A stretch of DNA of 64,000 bases from Candidatus Omnitrophota bacterium (GTDB lineage Bacteria > Omnitrophota > Gorgyraeia > JABMRG01 > JAFGKX01): NCBI GenBank assembly GCA_043797125.1, contig JAZDPX010000033.1, positions 34,527 through 98,526 of the forward strand, in the 5' to 3' direction. Both the position numbers and the translations under genes were made by a program. Position 1 is the first letter of the stretch. Every line of letters begins with the position of its first letter. Below the pieces are notes generated by a model that saw nothing but the letters and a program-made list of their open reading frames with translations, did not search any database and was not told the DNA's origin. Shown here in pieces: positions 1-10,031 of the stretch.

Positions 1-595
1 TTATCACGCCTGCCAGTTCGGTTATTTTAAAATATTGTTCCCAATAATGGTTAGTTGACTTTTTATTTAACAGTTTGCGCAGCCATTTTAATTTTTTTAA
101 TAACATAAGCGGCTGTTTTAGTTTGTGAAATATGGAAAGCCTCGGAACAGTTAATATAAAATATCCTCCGCGCTCAAGCACCCTATACGCCTCTTTAATA
201 GCTTTTTGGGGGCCGGCGCTGAAATGTTCTATCACCCCTAATGACAAATAACAACCGAAAGAACCGCTAAGAAACGGCATATTCGCGACATCGCCGCAGA
301 TAACAGGCGTATGCGGTTTATATGTTAATATTTCCGCGAGGGGAGTAAAATTATAATCTAAACCTATCACATCATAATTTAAATCCCTGAAATAGATAAG
401 ATACGCTCCCAGGCCGCATCCGCCTTCTAAAATCTTTTTACCGGTCGGGAAATATTGCCTGAAAACCTCAACCTTTCTCTGAACGCGCGGGTATTTAAAA
501 ATCTCCATTATCTGCGCAACAGCAATATCCTGCCAATTTTTTTCCCATGCCTTTTTTGTTAAGTTGTCCAGATTCTTATCTTCCGAGGCCCTCAT
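1..595 (-). CDS. Class I SAM-dependent methyltransferase (partial, runs off window start)
   Basis: Not in the ORF track. Manual translation from ATG at 595 (ATGA overlap with the GT4 stop) gives MRASEDKN...KILEGGCGLG...VIGLDY...GDVANMPF...SLGVIEH...AYRVLERGG, the Methyltransf_11-type motifs. Confidence 0.85.
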   Translation of the reverse strand, partial: MRASEDKNLDNLTKKAWEKNWQDIAVAQIMEIFKYPRVQRKVEVFRQYFPTGKKILEGGCGLGAYLIYFRDLNYDVIGLDYNFTPLAEILTYKPHTPVICGDVANMPFLSGSFGCYLSLGVIEHFSAGPQKAIKEAYRVLERGGYFILTVPRLSIFHKLKQPLMLLKKLKWLRKLLNKKSTNHYWEQYFKITELAGVI

Positions 596-1677
596 AACCC
601 CTCGTATAGCTGGATAGTGCGGGTAGCTGCTTTTTCCCATGAAAACTGCTGCACTTTTTTATACCCGTTTTTTATCGTTTCGCGCCTTAGGTTTTCATTG
701 GTCAAAACCTCAAAAACGGCGTTGGCCATATTTTTTATATTATCAGGCTCGACTAAAATTGCGGCGTCGGAAGCAACCTCCGGTAAAGATGCCCTGTTTG
801 AGCAAACTACGCTTATGCCGCAGGCAAAAGCCTCTAAGACAGTCAAGCCGAAACCCTCATAAAAAGAAGGGTGCAGCAAACAATCTGCCAGATTATAAAT
901 GCCAAAAAGGTCCTCGCTGGGCACCTCGCCTAAAAAACGCGCGCCTGCTGCTTTCACCATATCCTGGATATGCGCCTCTCTCTTATGCGGCCTGCCAACA
1001 ACCACAAAATCATAAGCCTTTATTTTTTCTTTTAAGCTTAAATATACGTCTATTGCGCCCTGCAGGTTCTTATGATGTTTAAGGCTGCCTACATAGAGTA
1101 TAAATCTATCCGGCAGGTTATATTTTTTCTTTATGCCTGAAAGCTCATTTCTATCGGCTATGTTTTTAAAGCAGGGGTCAGCCGCTTCATAAATAACTTT
1201 GATTTTGTCCGGTTTTGCATGTTTAAAAAAGTGCAGTATGTCTTTTTTAGTATTTTCCGAGACCGCTATTGTTGCTGCAGCCCTTTTTATCGAACGAGAC
1301 ATCATCGCGTTTGCATAAATAACGGCTGCTTTTGACGGCGCCGATTCAGGAAAGATTAAATATATCAAATCATGTACTGTTACTATCAGCTTTCCGGGAT
1401 AGAAATAGGGTATATTAAAATGAGGACAATGCAGGATGTCGAGGTTGTATTTAGAAAAAGGGGCGTTTAGTTGTTCTTGTGCGGAATATATGGGTGCGGT
1501 GTAATTTATCAGTATAACGGTCGATAGCCTATGGTCAAGGGTCGATAGTCTTTGTCTATCGCCGAATAGAACAAACTCGTGCTTGGTGTTTAAGGCGAAC
1601 ATGGCGCTTAGCAGATTTTTAATATACCTGCCAATGCCGGGATGAGTTATCATTCTCGCGTCAAAACCTATACGCAT
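592..1677 (-). CDS. Glycosyltransferase family 4 (MtfB/WbaZ-like)
   Basis: GIGRY, VTVHDL, YVGSLKHHKN and the EGFGLTVLEA (Ex7E) motif. Confidence 0.92.
   Translation of the reverse strand: MRIGFDARMITHPGIGRYIKNLLSAMFALNTKHEFVLFGDRQRLSTLDHRLSTVILINYTAPIYSAQEQLNAPFSKYNLDILHCPHFNIPYFYPGKLIVTVHDLIYLIFPESAPSKAAVIYANAMMSRSIKRAAATIAVSENTKKDILHFFKHAKPDKIKVIYEAADPCFKNIADRNELSGIKKKYNLPDRFILYVGSLKHHKNLQGAIDVYLSLKEKIKAYDFVVVGRPHKREAHIQDMVKAAGARFLGEVPSEDLFGIYNLADCLLHPSFYEGFGLTVLEAFACGISVVCSNRASLPEVASDAAILVEPDNIKNMANAVFEVLTNENLRRETIKNGYKKVQQFSWEKAATRTIQLYEGL
1517..1558. repeat. Degenerate in-frame 7-mer tandem repeat (6 units, consensus ATRGTCG) inside the GT4 gene
   Basis: ACGGTCG ATAGCCT ATGGTCA AGGGTCG ATAGTCT TTGTCTA; encodes RQRLSTLDHRLSTV. 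Confidence 0.7.
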
Positions 1678-2798
1678 AACTTCTTTATTGCCTCCATTAC
1701 ATCGTCAACAGTAATTAGATCCATGCAAATATTATTGGGGCATTTTATTTTTTCACATCCTTTGCATGGAATATCTTTTTGAATAACGGTAACTTTTTTG
1801 CCCCGCGGCGCCCATTGCCTGGGGTCATTTGTGCCGCTGTAAAGTATTACGCAAGGGGTACCTACCGAAGATGCTATATGACTTGGCCCGGAATCTACGC
1901 CAACAAAAAGATTTGCCCTTTTAAACAACGCGGCCAATGCGCTAAGCGAGGTTTTGCCTGTGGCATCTATCAAAGAGGCGGACGGGGCAGCCTTCAGGGC
2001 AGCGGACAGCGTCTTTTCCTCTTTTAGGCCAACCATGACAATTTTTGCGTTAAACTGCTCTATTAATTTGATTATAAGGCGAGACCATCTTTGAGGAAGC
2101 CATTTCTTTGAAAGAAAACCCGGGCTCGGATGTATGCATATTACAAAATCATTATCCTGCAATTGATTCTTCGCGTAAAAATCTAGAGCAAATTTTTTAT
2201 CCGCATCCGATATAGAAAATTCTGTTTCGCAGCTGGCGGCGCTGATTCCGATGGCGCCCAAGATATCGAGGTTGCGCTCTATCTGATGTTTACGCGGATT
2301 ATAACCTATTTCCTTGTTCAGAAGAAAACCGCCTCCTGTTATGCCATAGCCTACCCTATACTTTATTCCTGCCAGCCACATTAATAATATGTGCCGCAGG
2401 TCGCCTCTTGGGTCTATTCCTATATCAAAACCTTCCTTTTGCATCTGGGATACGAGCTTAAAAAACTCCTTCAGCTTTACAATCTTTTTTCTCGACCTAA
2501 ACCAGGGCGCGTTATATTTTAAGATTTCATCCACGAAAGGATTACTTGTTACAAGGTCGCTTGCTGCTGCTGATACAAGGACCGCGAGTTTAGAATCAGG
2601 GTATTTTTGTTTGATAGCCCTAAAGATCGGAGTTGTCAAAACAACATCACCTATATGGTCAAGCCTGATGACTAAAATCTTTTTTATTATTTTAGGCCTA
2701 CTGCCCCTAAGCAATCGAAACGGTATGCTAATCACCGTGCCGATTAAATCGAACAAAAAGACAACCGCCTTATAGAGTCTGTTTTTTAGTACGTACAT
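1668..2798 (-). CDS. Glycosyltransferase family 9 (heptosyltransferase-like)
   Basis: IRLDHIGDVVL, KKW, GVDSGPSHIA and C-terminal PCxxC..C..C. Start moved to MYVLK (2798) to avoid overlap with the upstream GT2. Confidence 0.9.
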   Translation of the reverse strand: MYVLKNRLYKAVVFLFDLIGTVISIPFRLLRGSRPKIIKKILVIRLDHIGDVVLTTPIFRAIKQKYPDSKLAVLVSAAASDLVTSNPFVDEILKYNAPWFRSRKKIVKLKEFFKLVSQMQKEGFDIGIDPRGDLRHILLMWLAGIKYRVGYGITGGGFLLNKEIGYNPRKHQIERNLDILGAIGISAASCETEFSISDADKKFALDFYAKNQLQDNDFVICIHPSPGFLSKKWLPQRWSRLIIKLIEQFNAKIVMVGLKEEKTLSAALKAAPSASLIDATGKTSLSALAALFKRANLFVGVDSGPSHIASSVGTPCVILYSGTNDPRQWAPRGKKVTVIQKDIPCKGCEKIKCPNNICMDLITVDDVMEAIKKLCV

Positions 2799-2800
2799 TT

Positions 2801-2821
2801 TAAGTGTTAAGTGTAAAGTTA
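2801..2821. repeat. Short 7-mer tandem repeat at a gene junction
   Basis: TAAGTGT TAAGTGT AAAGTTA fills the gap between the GT2 stop and the GT9 start. Confidence 0.45.
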
Positions 2822-3508
2822 TATATCTGAAAATCTTAGCTTGAGCAAGGTCCAAGCCGCTGTAATTCCATCGGTCCAGGTTATTTTTTTGCCCTGCCCA
2901 TAAGACCTGCCGCTGTAGAAAATCGGCACTTCAAATATCTTGTACCTCTTTTTTAGAAGTTTTACGGTAATTTCCGGTTCTATTTCAAATTTTTCCGATT
3001 TTAAGCTTAGGCCTCTAAGCACTCCTGTCTTGACCAATTTGTAGCAGGTCTCCATATCGGTCAGGCTGGCCTTAAACAACATATTTGTCAAAACAGTCAG
3101 GAATTTATTTACAGCAAAATGGAAGAAAGAAGTTACCATCCATGTTTTAAGGAATCTCGAACCGTAAACAACATCTGCATTGTTTTCTTGAACGCAGTCC
3201 AAAAGCTTTATGTAATCCATGGGGTCATATTCCAAATCCGCATCCTGTATTATTGAATACTCGCCGCAAGCATACCCCAAGGCAGTCCTGACTGCTGCGC
3301 CCTTGCCCATATTTTTATCGTGGTAAAAAACTCTTACATTATCTTTACCGTTTCCGTATCTATCCGTAAGCAGCTGCCTTGTGCCCTCGGTCGAGCAGTC
3401 ATCAACCAGTAAAACCTCCTTATCAACCGGCACATCCTGAATTCTTTTTAGAATGGCTTCTATTGTATTGACCTCGTTATATACAGGCATAAGAACAGAT
3501 AGTTTCAT
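2819..3508 (-). CDS. Glycosyltransferase family 2 (DPM/DPG synthase-like)
   Basis: MPVYNE, VDDCS, GKGAA, QDADLEY, VVYGSRF, TDMETCYK and FEIEPE motifs. Confidence 0.92.
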   Translation of the reverse strand: MKLSVLMPVYNEVNTIEAILKRIQDVPVDKEVLLVDDCSTEGTRQLLTDRYGNGKDNVRVFYHDKNMGKGAAVRTALGYACGEYSIIQDADLEYDPMDYIKLLDCVQENNADVVYGSRFLKTWMVTSFFHFAVNKFLTVLTNMLFKASLTDMETCYKLVKTGVLRGLSLKSEKFEIEPEITVKLLKKRYKIFEVPIFYSGRSYGQGKKITWTDGITAAWTLLKLRFSDI

Positions 3509-3511
3509 CGT

Positions 3512-4588
3512 TTATTTTTTGTTATTTAAAAGCTTATTATAGACATCCAGATTTTTCTCTGCAGCTTGTTCCCACAAAAAATTCTTTTTAATATGCTCTC
3601 TAAGTTGTGGTCCTTTTTGCTTGTAAAATGCCTTCTCTGTCGCCTTTCTTATATCCTTCGTATCGGATGGGTTAAAATATTCCGCGAAGTCCTTAAAATA
3701 TTCTTTTGTGCAGCCTTTATCGGTAGTCGCAACATTGGCGCCGGCTAAGCCTGCTTCCAGCGCCGCTAAGCCCGGAGTCTCAAACCACCCCTGGGATACA
3801 AAACACCTGCAAGCCGAATACGCGGACTTAAGCAGCAAATCATTATGTTCGATTCTGTCTACAAATAAAACATTCTTATCTGCCAGGGCTTTGCACTCAT
3901 TGTAATAACTTATATAATCTGAAACCGGATTGCCTATGATTACGATTTGCTGTTTAAAACCTTTCATGGCCTTGATAAAATTCAACTGGTTTTTTCTCGG
4001 CTCTATCCTTCCCACGGACAGGATAAAATCTTTTGTTTTATATTTTGCGATAAAGGCTTCCGCGCTTGTATTTTCAAAACCACTGTCAACACAATTGGGT
4101 ATTACATGCATCTTATTCTTATCTATTTTAAAAAGCCTCACCAGCTGCCCGAGTTCAGCTTCTGAATTGGGTATGACCGCGTCCGCCAAAAGCAGCATGG
4201 CTCTTCTGTCCGAAGGAAAATAAGGAAATATCACCTTTGTTAAATGATGTATCGACACCTTTAACTTTTTCTTAAACGCGCCATGCTCATGCAAAGCCCT
4301 TTGGAGCGTTGAGAAAAATACCGGAGTAAGCACAACCGAAACACCTTTATTTTTAGCTGTCTGCATAAGGCCTAAACAATCCTTAACAGCTCCGAATATG
4401 TGAAGTATATCAAAGTTTTCAAGAGTGTCGTTCCATATATCAAAAAGCCTGACATAAACGCCCAATTTTTCCAAATATTCTTTTGTCTTAAGCAGCAGTA
4501 TCTCTCCGCCTCCTAAGTTCTGAAAAGCGGACGGGTATACAAAAAAGGCTACTCTAATCTTATTTGGCATAAATAAATCTGCTCCCAA
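3512..4588 (-). CDS. Glycosyltransferase family 4
   Basis: GGGE N-terminal motif, VGRIEPRKNQ, ETPGLAALEA; the start could be 4570. Confidence 0.9.
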   Translation of the reverse strand: MGADLFMPNKIRVAFFVYPSAFQNLGGGEILLLKTKEYLEKLGVYVRLFDIWNDTLENFDILHIFGAVKDCLGLMQTAKNKGVSVVLTPVFFSTLQRALHEHGAFKKKLKVSIHHLTKVIFPYFPSDRRAMLLLADAVIPNSEAELGQLVRLFKIDKNKMHVIPNCVDSGFENTSAEAFIAKYKTKDFILSVGRIEPRKNQLNFIKAMKGFKQQIVIIGNPVSDYISYYNECKALADKNVLFVDRIEHNDLLLKSAYSACRCFVSQGWFETPGLAALEAGLAGANVATTDKGCTKEYFKDFAEYFNPSDTKDIRKATEKAFYKQKGPQLREHIKKNFLWEQAAEKNLDVYNKLLNNKK

Positions 4589-4593
4589 TCACA

Positions 4594-4625
4594 ATTGTAG
4601 GGCAGGCTTAAGCCTGCCCTACAAT
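4594..4625. repeat. Perfect 32-bp palindrome, GTAG-type REP-like element
   Basis: ATTGTAGGGCAGGCTT|AAGCCTGCCCTACAAT is its own reverse complement and has GTAG...CTAC ends. Confidence 0.85.
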
Positions 4626-5753
4626 GTTATAATTATCTAACAATATCTTTAACATCTTCTCAGATGCCCTGCCATTACCAAAAGGATTAGTCCAGCCTCT
4701 TTTTTTGTCAAACATTTTTATTGATGCCTTCAATATGCCGCTTTCTGTTGCACCTGCGACTATATTAGCGCCAACCTTTACTGTCTCGGGCCGTTCCGTA
4801 TTATCCCTTAGAGTAACGCATGGTATGTTCAATATACAGGCCTCTTCCTGCACTCCGCCTGAGTCCGTAAGCGCCATAGCGGCTTTTGATTCGAGATATA
4901 GAAATGACAAAAAATCAACCGGCTCTATGATCCTGATGTTATCCTTAACGGATATATTAAACTTTTTCATCTTTGCCATGGTCCTGGGGTGCGCCGGGAA
5001 AATAACCGGCATTTTTAATTTTTCGGCTGTTGCCTCAACGCCTTTTAAAATAGATACAAATCTTGGTTTTAAATCCACGTTCTCTTGCCTGTGCAATGTA
5101 AGCAATATATATCCTGACTCTGCTATGGCCAACGTTTTTAATATGCCTTTTCTTTGCCGGGCCAATTCCAGGTTTTGTTTTATCGCGTCTACGATAGTAT
5201 TTCCTGTTATAAAGATATTAGCCGGAGGCACACCTTCTTTTAACACTATATCTTTCTGAAGGCGCGTCGGTACGAATAAAAAGTCCGAAACATGGTCTAC
5301 CAAAAATCTGTTTATTTCCTCCGGCATTGACCTGTCGTAACTTCTAAGGCCTGCTTCGACATGGGCTACTTTTATTTCAAAATCCGTATAAGCCTTAGTT
5401 GTTGATATCTTCTCAGCGGTAAGAGCGCCTGCAAGCGCCGTATTTGTGTCGCCGTGGACTATTACATAATACGGCATATCCTTAAGAAGTATTCTCTCTA
5501 TTTCTATCAGCATTCTTCCTGTGTGTTCACCTTGCATAAAAGGTGCTTTTGATTTAATGCCCAGTGTATAATCGGGCTCTGGCAGTTTAAGGGCCTTAAA
5601 AAATATCTTATCCATGTTGTAGGAATAGTGCTGCCCGGAATGAATTATCTTGAATGGTATGTTTTTCCTCTGGCATAGTTTTATCACGGGAGCAAGCTTA
5701 ATTATCTCGGGCCTGGTTCCAAGTATAAATGTAATAAAAGTTTTTTTCTTCAT
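4608..5753 (-). CDS. wecB: UDP-N-acetylglucosamine 2-epimerase (non-hydrolysing)
   Basis: GTRPEIIK, HSGQHY, HGDTNT, HVEAGLRS, PEEINR, TDSGGVQEEA and TERPE motifs. Confidence 0.95.
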   Translation of the reverse strand: MKKKTFITFILGTRPEIIKLAPVIKLCQRKNIPFKIIHSGQHYSYNMDKIFFKALKLPEPDYTLGIKSKAPFMQGEHTGRMLIEIERILLKDMPYYVIVHGDTNTALAGALTAEKISTTKAYTDFEIKVAHVEAGLRSYDRSMPEEINRFLVDHVSDFLFVPTRLQKDIVLKEGVPPANIFITGNTIVDAIKQNLELARQRKGILKTLAIAESGYILLTLHRQENVDLKPRFVSILKGVEATAEKLKMPVIFPAHPRTMAKMKKFNISVKDNIRIIEPVDFLSFLYLESKAAMALTDSGGVQEEACILNIPCVTLRDNTERPETVKVGANIVAGATESGILKASIKMFDKKRGWTNPFGNGRASEKMLKILLDNYNIVGQA

Positions 5754-6898
5754 CAGACTAAATACTCCAATACAATATTTTTATCTGTTTTGCCAGTTGC
5801 AAGGTATAATGCCTGCAAGGCAAACATACTGCACCAGGTGTTTGCGTGCTTCTTATAAGAACCGTCGCTGTCAAAGCCAAAGAAAAATGCGCCGTTTTGC
5901 CCGGGGCCTATATTCTGAAATTCCAATAATCTTGCAAGCAATTTATCCTTATCAAAGCCTGAAACGCAATCTTTATTATTTAAATAATAAAGCCTTAAGG
6001 CCTGGGCTTGAATATCGGCCCTTTGGTGGCTTATCCTATTTTCGCTGCCCTTAATAACGCTTGTCGGGATACCGCCGTCGTGCTCCTGAAGACCAAGAAC
6101 CCAATTAAATGCCTCTTCAAAACAGCTATTATACTTGGCGTCCTTTGTTTTGTGGGTATAGTAGGCCATGCCTTCTAATGTGTAACAAAGGGGGTGAAAA
6201 TGGCTGCTTTCATCAAATGTATTAGTGATAAATCTTGCGTCTTTGTAGCAAGTTTTTATGGAGGCGCTGATTAGATCTTTTGCTATTTTTTTGTAATATT
6301 CGTCTTGCTCGATATCCGCCAATTCACACAAACAAAGCGAAACCTTGCATAAGAAACTCCCTTTTTGTGTAGACCATTTCTTGTCATCTTCATAAACTTT
6401 ATCATTTTTGCCGTCAAAAATAGGATAAAAAAGTTTATTTTCACCCAGCATATTATCTATTAAAAAATTTACTATGTTTTTGGCGGCCTGATAATATTTT
6501 TTGTCTTTCGCAGCCTTATAAAGTTTCAGTAAACCAAAAGCCACCATTGCGCTGTCAAAGGCATATATGTTGGCGCTTTCGAATGAATAATGGCTTACCG
6601 GATATTTGACGTAATCCCTGGTTAAAACGCCGCCGTTCGGGTGCATTGCCTTTTCTATTATCCACTGGGCAGCTATTTTCGCCTTTGATAAATAAAGCGC
6701 TTCCTTTTTAAGTTCGTGCAAGAAACACATCGTGGTAATAGCGTAGCCGGTTATCTCCGGATAAAGGTACGAATAAGTTTTATCTTCTGCGTCGGCCCAG
6801 GCGTAAAAACCGCCGCTTTCCGATTGAATACCTGAGTAAAGCAACCAATCAGTCACATATTGGATTCTCTCTTCTATCTTTATCGCAACCTGCTTCAT
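5753..6898 (-). CDS. Cytoplasmic alpha/alpha-barrel (six-hairpin glycosidase/epimerase-like) protein
   Basis: YPEITGY, repeated helical hairpins with W/F-L-x-x-Q-x-x-D-G-G-like motifs; no signal peptide. Confidence 0.55.
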   Translation of the reverse strand: MKQVAIKIEERIQYVTDWLLYSGIQSESGGFYAWADAEDKTYSYLYPEITGYAITTMCFLHELKKEALYLSKAKIAAQWIIEKAMHPNGGVLTRDYVKYPVSHYSFESANIYAFDSAMVAFGLLKLYKAAKDKKYYQAAKNIVNFLIDNMLGENKLFYPIFDGKNDKVYEDDKKWSTQKGSFLCKVSLCLCELADIEQDEYYKKIAKDLISASIKTCYKDARFITNTFDESSHFHPLCYTLEGMAYYTHKTKDAKYNSCFEEAFNWVLGLQEHDGGIPTSVIKGSENRISHQRADIQAQALRLYYLNNKDCVSGFDKDKLLARLLEFQNIGPGQNGAFFFGFDSDGSYKKHANTWCSMFALQALYLATGKTDKNIVLEYLV

Positions 6899-7428
6899 TT
6901 GCGCGGCTTTTCCCGGCTTTGCCCGGCCTTGTTTACATAGCCCTTTAATCTTGCCGGATTTCCAATTACAAGAGCGTAATCAGGCACATCTTTGGTGACA
7001 ACGGCGCCTGCTGCAACCATTGCATACCTTCCGATATTTACATCCGCAAGTATAACCGCCCCGGCGCCAATCGAAGCGCCTTTTTTCACAGCCCACTTTG
7101 GTTTGGTTATGTTGCGTATCTTATTATTTCGAGGATTTTTGTCATTTGTAAAACATACCAAAGGCCCTATAAAACAATCGTCTTCTATCCTTACGCCCCT
7201 ATAAACAAGGGCCTTGTTGTGAATCTTTACATTATTGCCTATGGAAACATTCCTGTCGATAAAGGCGCCGTTGCCTATCATACAGTTTTCTCCGATTGAG
7301 GCGCCGCGCATAACCTGGGCGAAATTCCATATGACAGTGCCCTTGCCAATCCTTGCGGTTTTATCAACAATGGCAGTATTTGAAATCTTGATATCTTTAT
7401 TGGCTATTGCAGATTTTTTCTTGCCCAT
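6895..7428 (-). CDS. Hexapeptide-repeat N-acyltransferase (WbpD/WxcM-like)
   Basis: Left-handed beta-helix repeats, [27 protein letters not shown]. Confidence 0.9.
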   Translation of the reverse strand: MGKKKSAIANKDIKISNTAIVDKTARIGKGTVIWNFAQVMRGASIGENCMIGNGAFIDRNVSIGNNVKIHNKALVYRGVRIEDDCFIGPLVCFTNDKNPRNNKIRNITKPKWAVKKGASIGAGAVILADVNIGRYAMVAAGAVVTKDVPDYALVIGNPARLKGYVNKAGQSREKPRK

Positions 7429-8372
7429 TCTATATTCCTCCTTAAGCCTTCATCTATAAATATCTTCGGCTTCCATCCGAACAACTTCTTTGCCAGCGAA
7501 TAATTACACAAAAGCTTGGGTACCTGCGCTTTCCTTTCAGCCGTATGAACAATCTTTGAACCTGAACCTGAAATTTCTTTTATCTTTTCTGCGATATAGT
7601 TTATGGTTATAGCCTTGCCTGTTCCAAAATTCACGGCCTTTCCAACAGCGTCTTTGTGGCTGCCCATAATCATAAAGGCGTCTATCATATCATCCACATA
7701 GGTGAAATCCCGCGATTGTTCGCCTGTTCCATGAACAGTAAGTGTTTGGCCCTTTAGGGCTAATTCTATAAATTTCGGTATGACATCATAGGTGTGCCTG
7801 GGGCCGTAGGTGTTAAACGGCCTGATGATAGCAACCGGAAGCCTGTAGGTGCTATAATATGAATAGCAGCACCTGTCTGCCGCAACCTTGCTTGCGGCGT
7901 ATGGAGAAGAAGGATAAAGCGGGTGCTGCTCGTCTATAGAGCCGCCGAGAGTCATGCCGTATATCTCGCTGCTGGACGTGCACACTATCCTCTTGACGCC
8001 TTTGGATTCCTTGACAACATGCAGCATGTTAAACGTGCCGGTCACATTTGTTGCCATGACTTCAAAAGGATGGGTAAAAGAATTAGGCACATATGCATCC
8101 GCAGCCAGATGAAATATAATCTGCGGTTTGTTTTTCCTGGCAAGTTCTATTGAATCAGGGCTTGCTATATCGCCTGTAATAATCTCTGTAAAACTTTTCT
8201 CCAGGTGCTTTGTGTTTTTCAGCTTGTACTGCGTAGTCCCTATGGTGGAGTTACCCCTGACATACGCCGAGACTTTAGCGCCTTCAGCCAAAAGCCTTTC
8301 AGCAAGATGCGAACCCATAAAACCGTCGGCGCCTGTTAATAAAACGCGTTTATTTTTCCAGTATCCTCCCAT
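7404..8372 (-). CDS. NAD-dependent nucleotide-sugar 4,6-dehydratase/epimerase (extended SDR)
   Basis: [32 protein letters not shown]. Start set at MGGYW, which has GGAGG upstream. Confidence 0.9.
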   Translation of the reverse strand: MGGYWKNKRVLLTGADGFMGSHLAERLLAEGAKVSAYVRGNSTIGTTQYKLKNTKHLEKSFTEIITGDIASPDSIELARKNKPQIIFHLAADAYVPNSFTHPFEVMATNVTGTFNMLHVVKESKGVKRIVCTSSSEIYGMTLGGSIDEQHPLYPSSPYAASKVAADRCCYSYYSTYRLPVAIIRPFNTYGPRHTYDVIPKFIELALKGQTLTVHGTGEQSRDFTYVDDMIDAFMIMGSHKDAVGKAVNFGTGKAITINYIAEKIKEISGSGSKIVHTAERKAQVPKLLCNYSLAKKLFGWKPKIFIDEGLRRNIEWARKNLQ

Positions 8373-8395
8373 ATCCGTGCCTCCAAAATTTGCAT

Positions 8396-8443
8396 AGCAA
8401 ATTTTGTCCCGAACGATGCGAAGCATCGGAGGGACTATTTGCT
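8396..8443. repeat. Intergenic imperfect hairpin, REP-like, with GCGAAGC apex
   Basis: AGCAAAT..GTCCC..CGATGC-GAA-GCATCG..GGGAC.ATTTGCT forms a nested inverted repeat. Confidence 0.7.
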
Positions 8444-8448
8444 TGCCG

Positions 8449-9063
8449 TCATTTAACCGCCTCTATGCTTATGCGCCTGAAACAGTTGTTAAAATAGCGT
8501 CTTTTTATTTTAAAAGCGGCCCTTTTTAGAAAACCGCACAACTTTGCCCTTGTTCTAACGCCAACATGTTCTTTTCTTAAAACCGGCCTAAAGGGCCTTG
8601 CCAGCTCATAGGGATGCAAAAGGTTTGGTGTGTATATAAAAAATGAGCCGTCCTTTTTAAGCACCCTGTATGACTCTTTGCATAATAAAAAAAATATTTC
8701 GTCGGTTAAATGCTCTGTAATATCAATGGCCAGGATCTTATCAAACACAGAATCCGCAAACGGCATAGATGAACAGTCTGCGTTTAAGGGAAATAAGTTT
8801 TTTATATTGCCCATTTCGCTGACAGCCCTTTTTGCCCTTTGCAGGTTATCAAACGCTATATCAATCGCAAAAACACTGTTTTGCCTAGTGGCTATACTGG
8901 TAAACTTTCCCGTAGCAACGCCTATCTCCATTATTTTTTCGTTGCTCGATAGATTTATAAGCCCGAGAACATTTTGTACCTGGCGCCTTATCCTGGGGGA
9001 ACCCATAACTTTGAAGTCGCTTAAAACCTTCTCGTACATAACCGCTATGTCTGCCAAATTCAC
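8449..9063 (-). CDS. Class I SAM-dependent methyltransferase
   Basis: IMEIGVATG, AIDI, MPFADSVFD, EHL, RVLKKDG..TPN motifs. Confidence 0.85.
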   Translation of the reverse strand: MNLADIAVMYEKVLSDFKVMGSPRIRRQVQNVLGLINLSSNEKIMEIGVATGKFTSIATRQNSVFAIDIAFDNLQRAKRAVSEMGNIKNLFPLNADCSSMPFADSVFDKILAIDITEHLTDEIFFLLCKESYRVLKKDGSFFIYTPNLLHPYELARPFRPVLRKEHVGVRTRAKLCGFLKRAAFKIKRRYFNNCFRRISIEAVK

Positions 9064-9077
9064 CTCGCGCGCCGTCT

Positions 9078-10028
9078 TTAAAAAAACCCGGCTGCTTTGC
9101 CTGTAAACAGATTAAACACCACGTTGTCCGGGATTAAGAAAAATGCCTTTGCCTTTCTTCTTCTGTCCAATATGCGCGGCAGCAAAAGAAGCGCCCTTAA
9201 AAACCCTTGTATGATCTCGAACTTAAACGTCAATACAGCGTATAAAAAACGCGGTATCAAAAACAAAAAATGCTTAAACAGTAAAACAGGGCTCGTAATA
9301 TTTTTCCATGTAAAAATATATACGTTTCTGTGGCTTAATGACAGAAGTTCTCTTTTATCAAAAGCCTTATTAAAACTAATCGTCTCCTTATGAAAAATTA
9401 CGCTCTTTGGCTGGTAATAACATTTGTAGCCTTTCTTCCATGCGCGAAAGCATAGATCCGACTCTTCTATTCTTCCTGGCGAGTATATATCGTCAAAACC
9501 GCCGAGCTCCAGAAATTTACGCCTGTTATATGCCGCCATACCCGATTGAAAAGTGTAACATGGCTCATCTTGCTGCGTCTCGCCAAGCTTGTGCGCGGAT
9601 AATGCCCGGAATACCCCCAGCTTAAACTGCGGCTTAAACCATATGCATTCCAGTTCTTTGCTGTTAAACTTGTAGAACTTCGGGCTCACCATAAATGCCT
9701 GCGGATTTTTAATAAATGTCTCTACTACCGGGTCTACAAAATTTTTATCGGCTTTTATGTCATTGTTTAAAAAAAATAAAATATCCGCGTCAGATTCGCC
9801 GGCAATGTCATTGAAGGAGAACAGCACCCTGTTCTCCTTCATTTCCCTGAAAAAAGCCCCGGGAAAATTATCTCTGACAAATTCCCGGCTTCCATCAGAG
9901 CTTTTATTATCAACGACAAATACTTTTGGCTTATAAATGCTCTTTTGCGAAGCCTCGCAAAGCGACAAAAGACATTCGGATAAAAGCTCTTTGCCATTAT
10001 AGTTTAAGGTGTATAATTCCACTTTCAT
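9078..10028 (-). CDS. Glycosyltransferase family 2 (rhamnosyltransferase-like)
   Basis: NYNG, VVDNKSSDGS, FLNND, GGFD, EESDLCFR motifs. Confidence 0.9.
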   Translation of the reverse strand: MKVELYTLNYNGKELLSECLLSLCEASQKSIYKPKVFVVDNKSSDGSREFVRDNFPGAFFREMKENRVLFSFNDIAGESDADILFFLNNDIKADKNFVDPVVETFIKNPQAFMVSPKFYKFNSKELECIWFKPQFKLGVFRALSAHKLGETQQDEPCYTFQSGMAAYNRRKFLELGGFDDIYSPGRIEESDLCFRAWKKGYKCYYQPKSVIFHKETISFNKAFDKRELLSLSHRNVYIFTWKNITSPVLLFKHFLFLIPRFLYAVLTFKFEIIQGFLRALLLLPRILDRRRKAKAFFLIPDNVVFNLFTGKAAGFF

Positions 10029-10031
10029 CGC

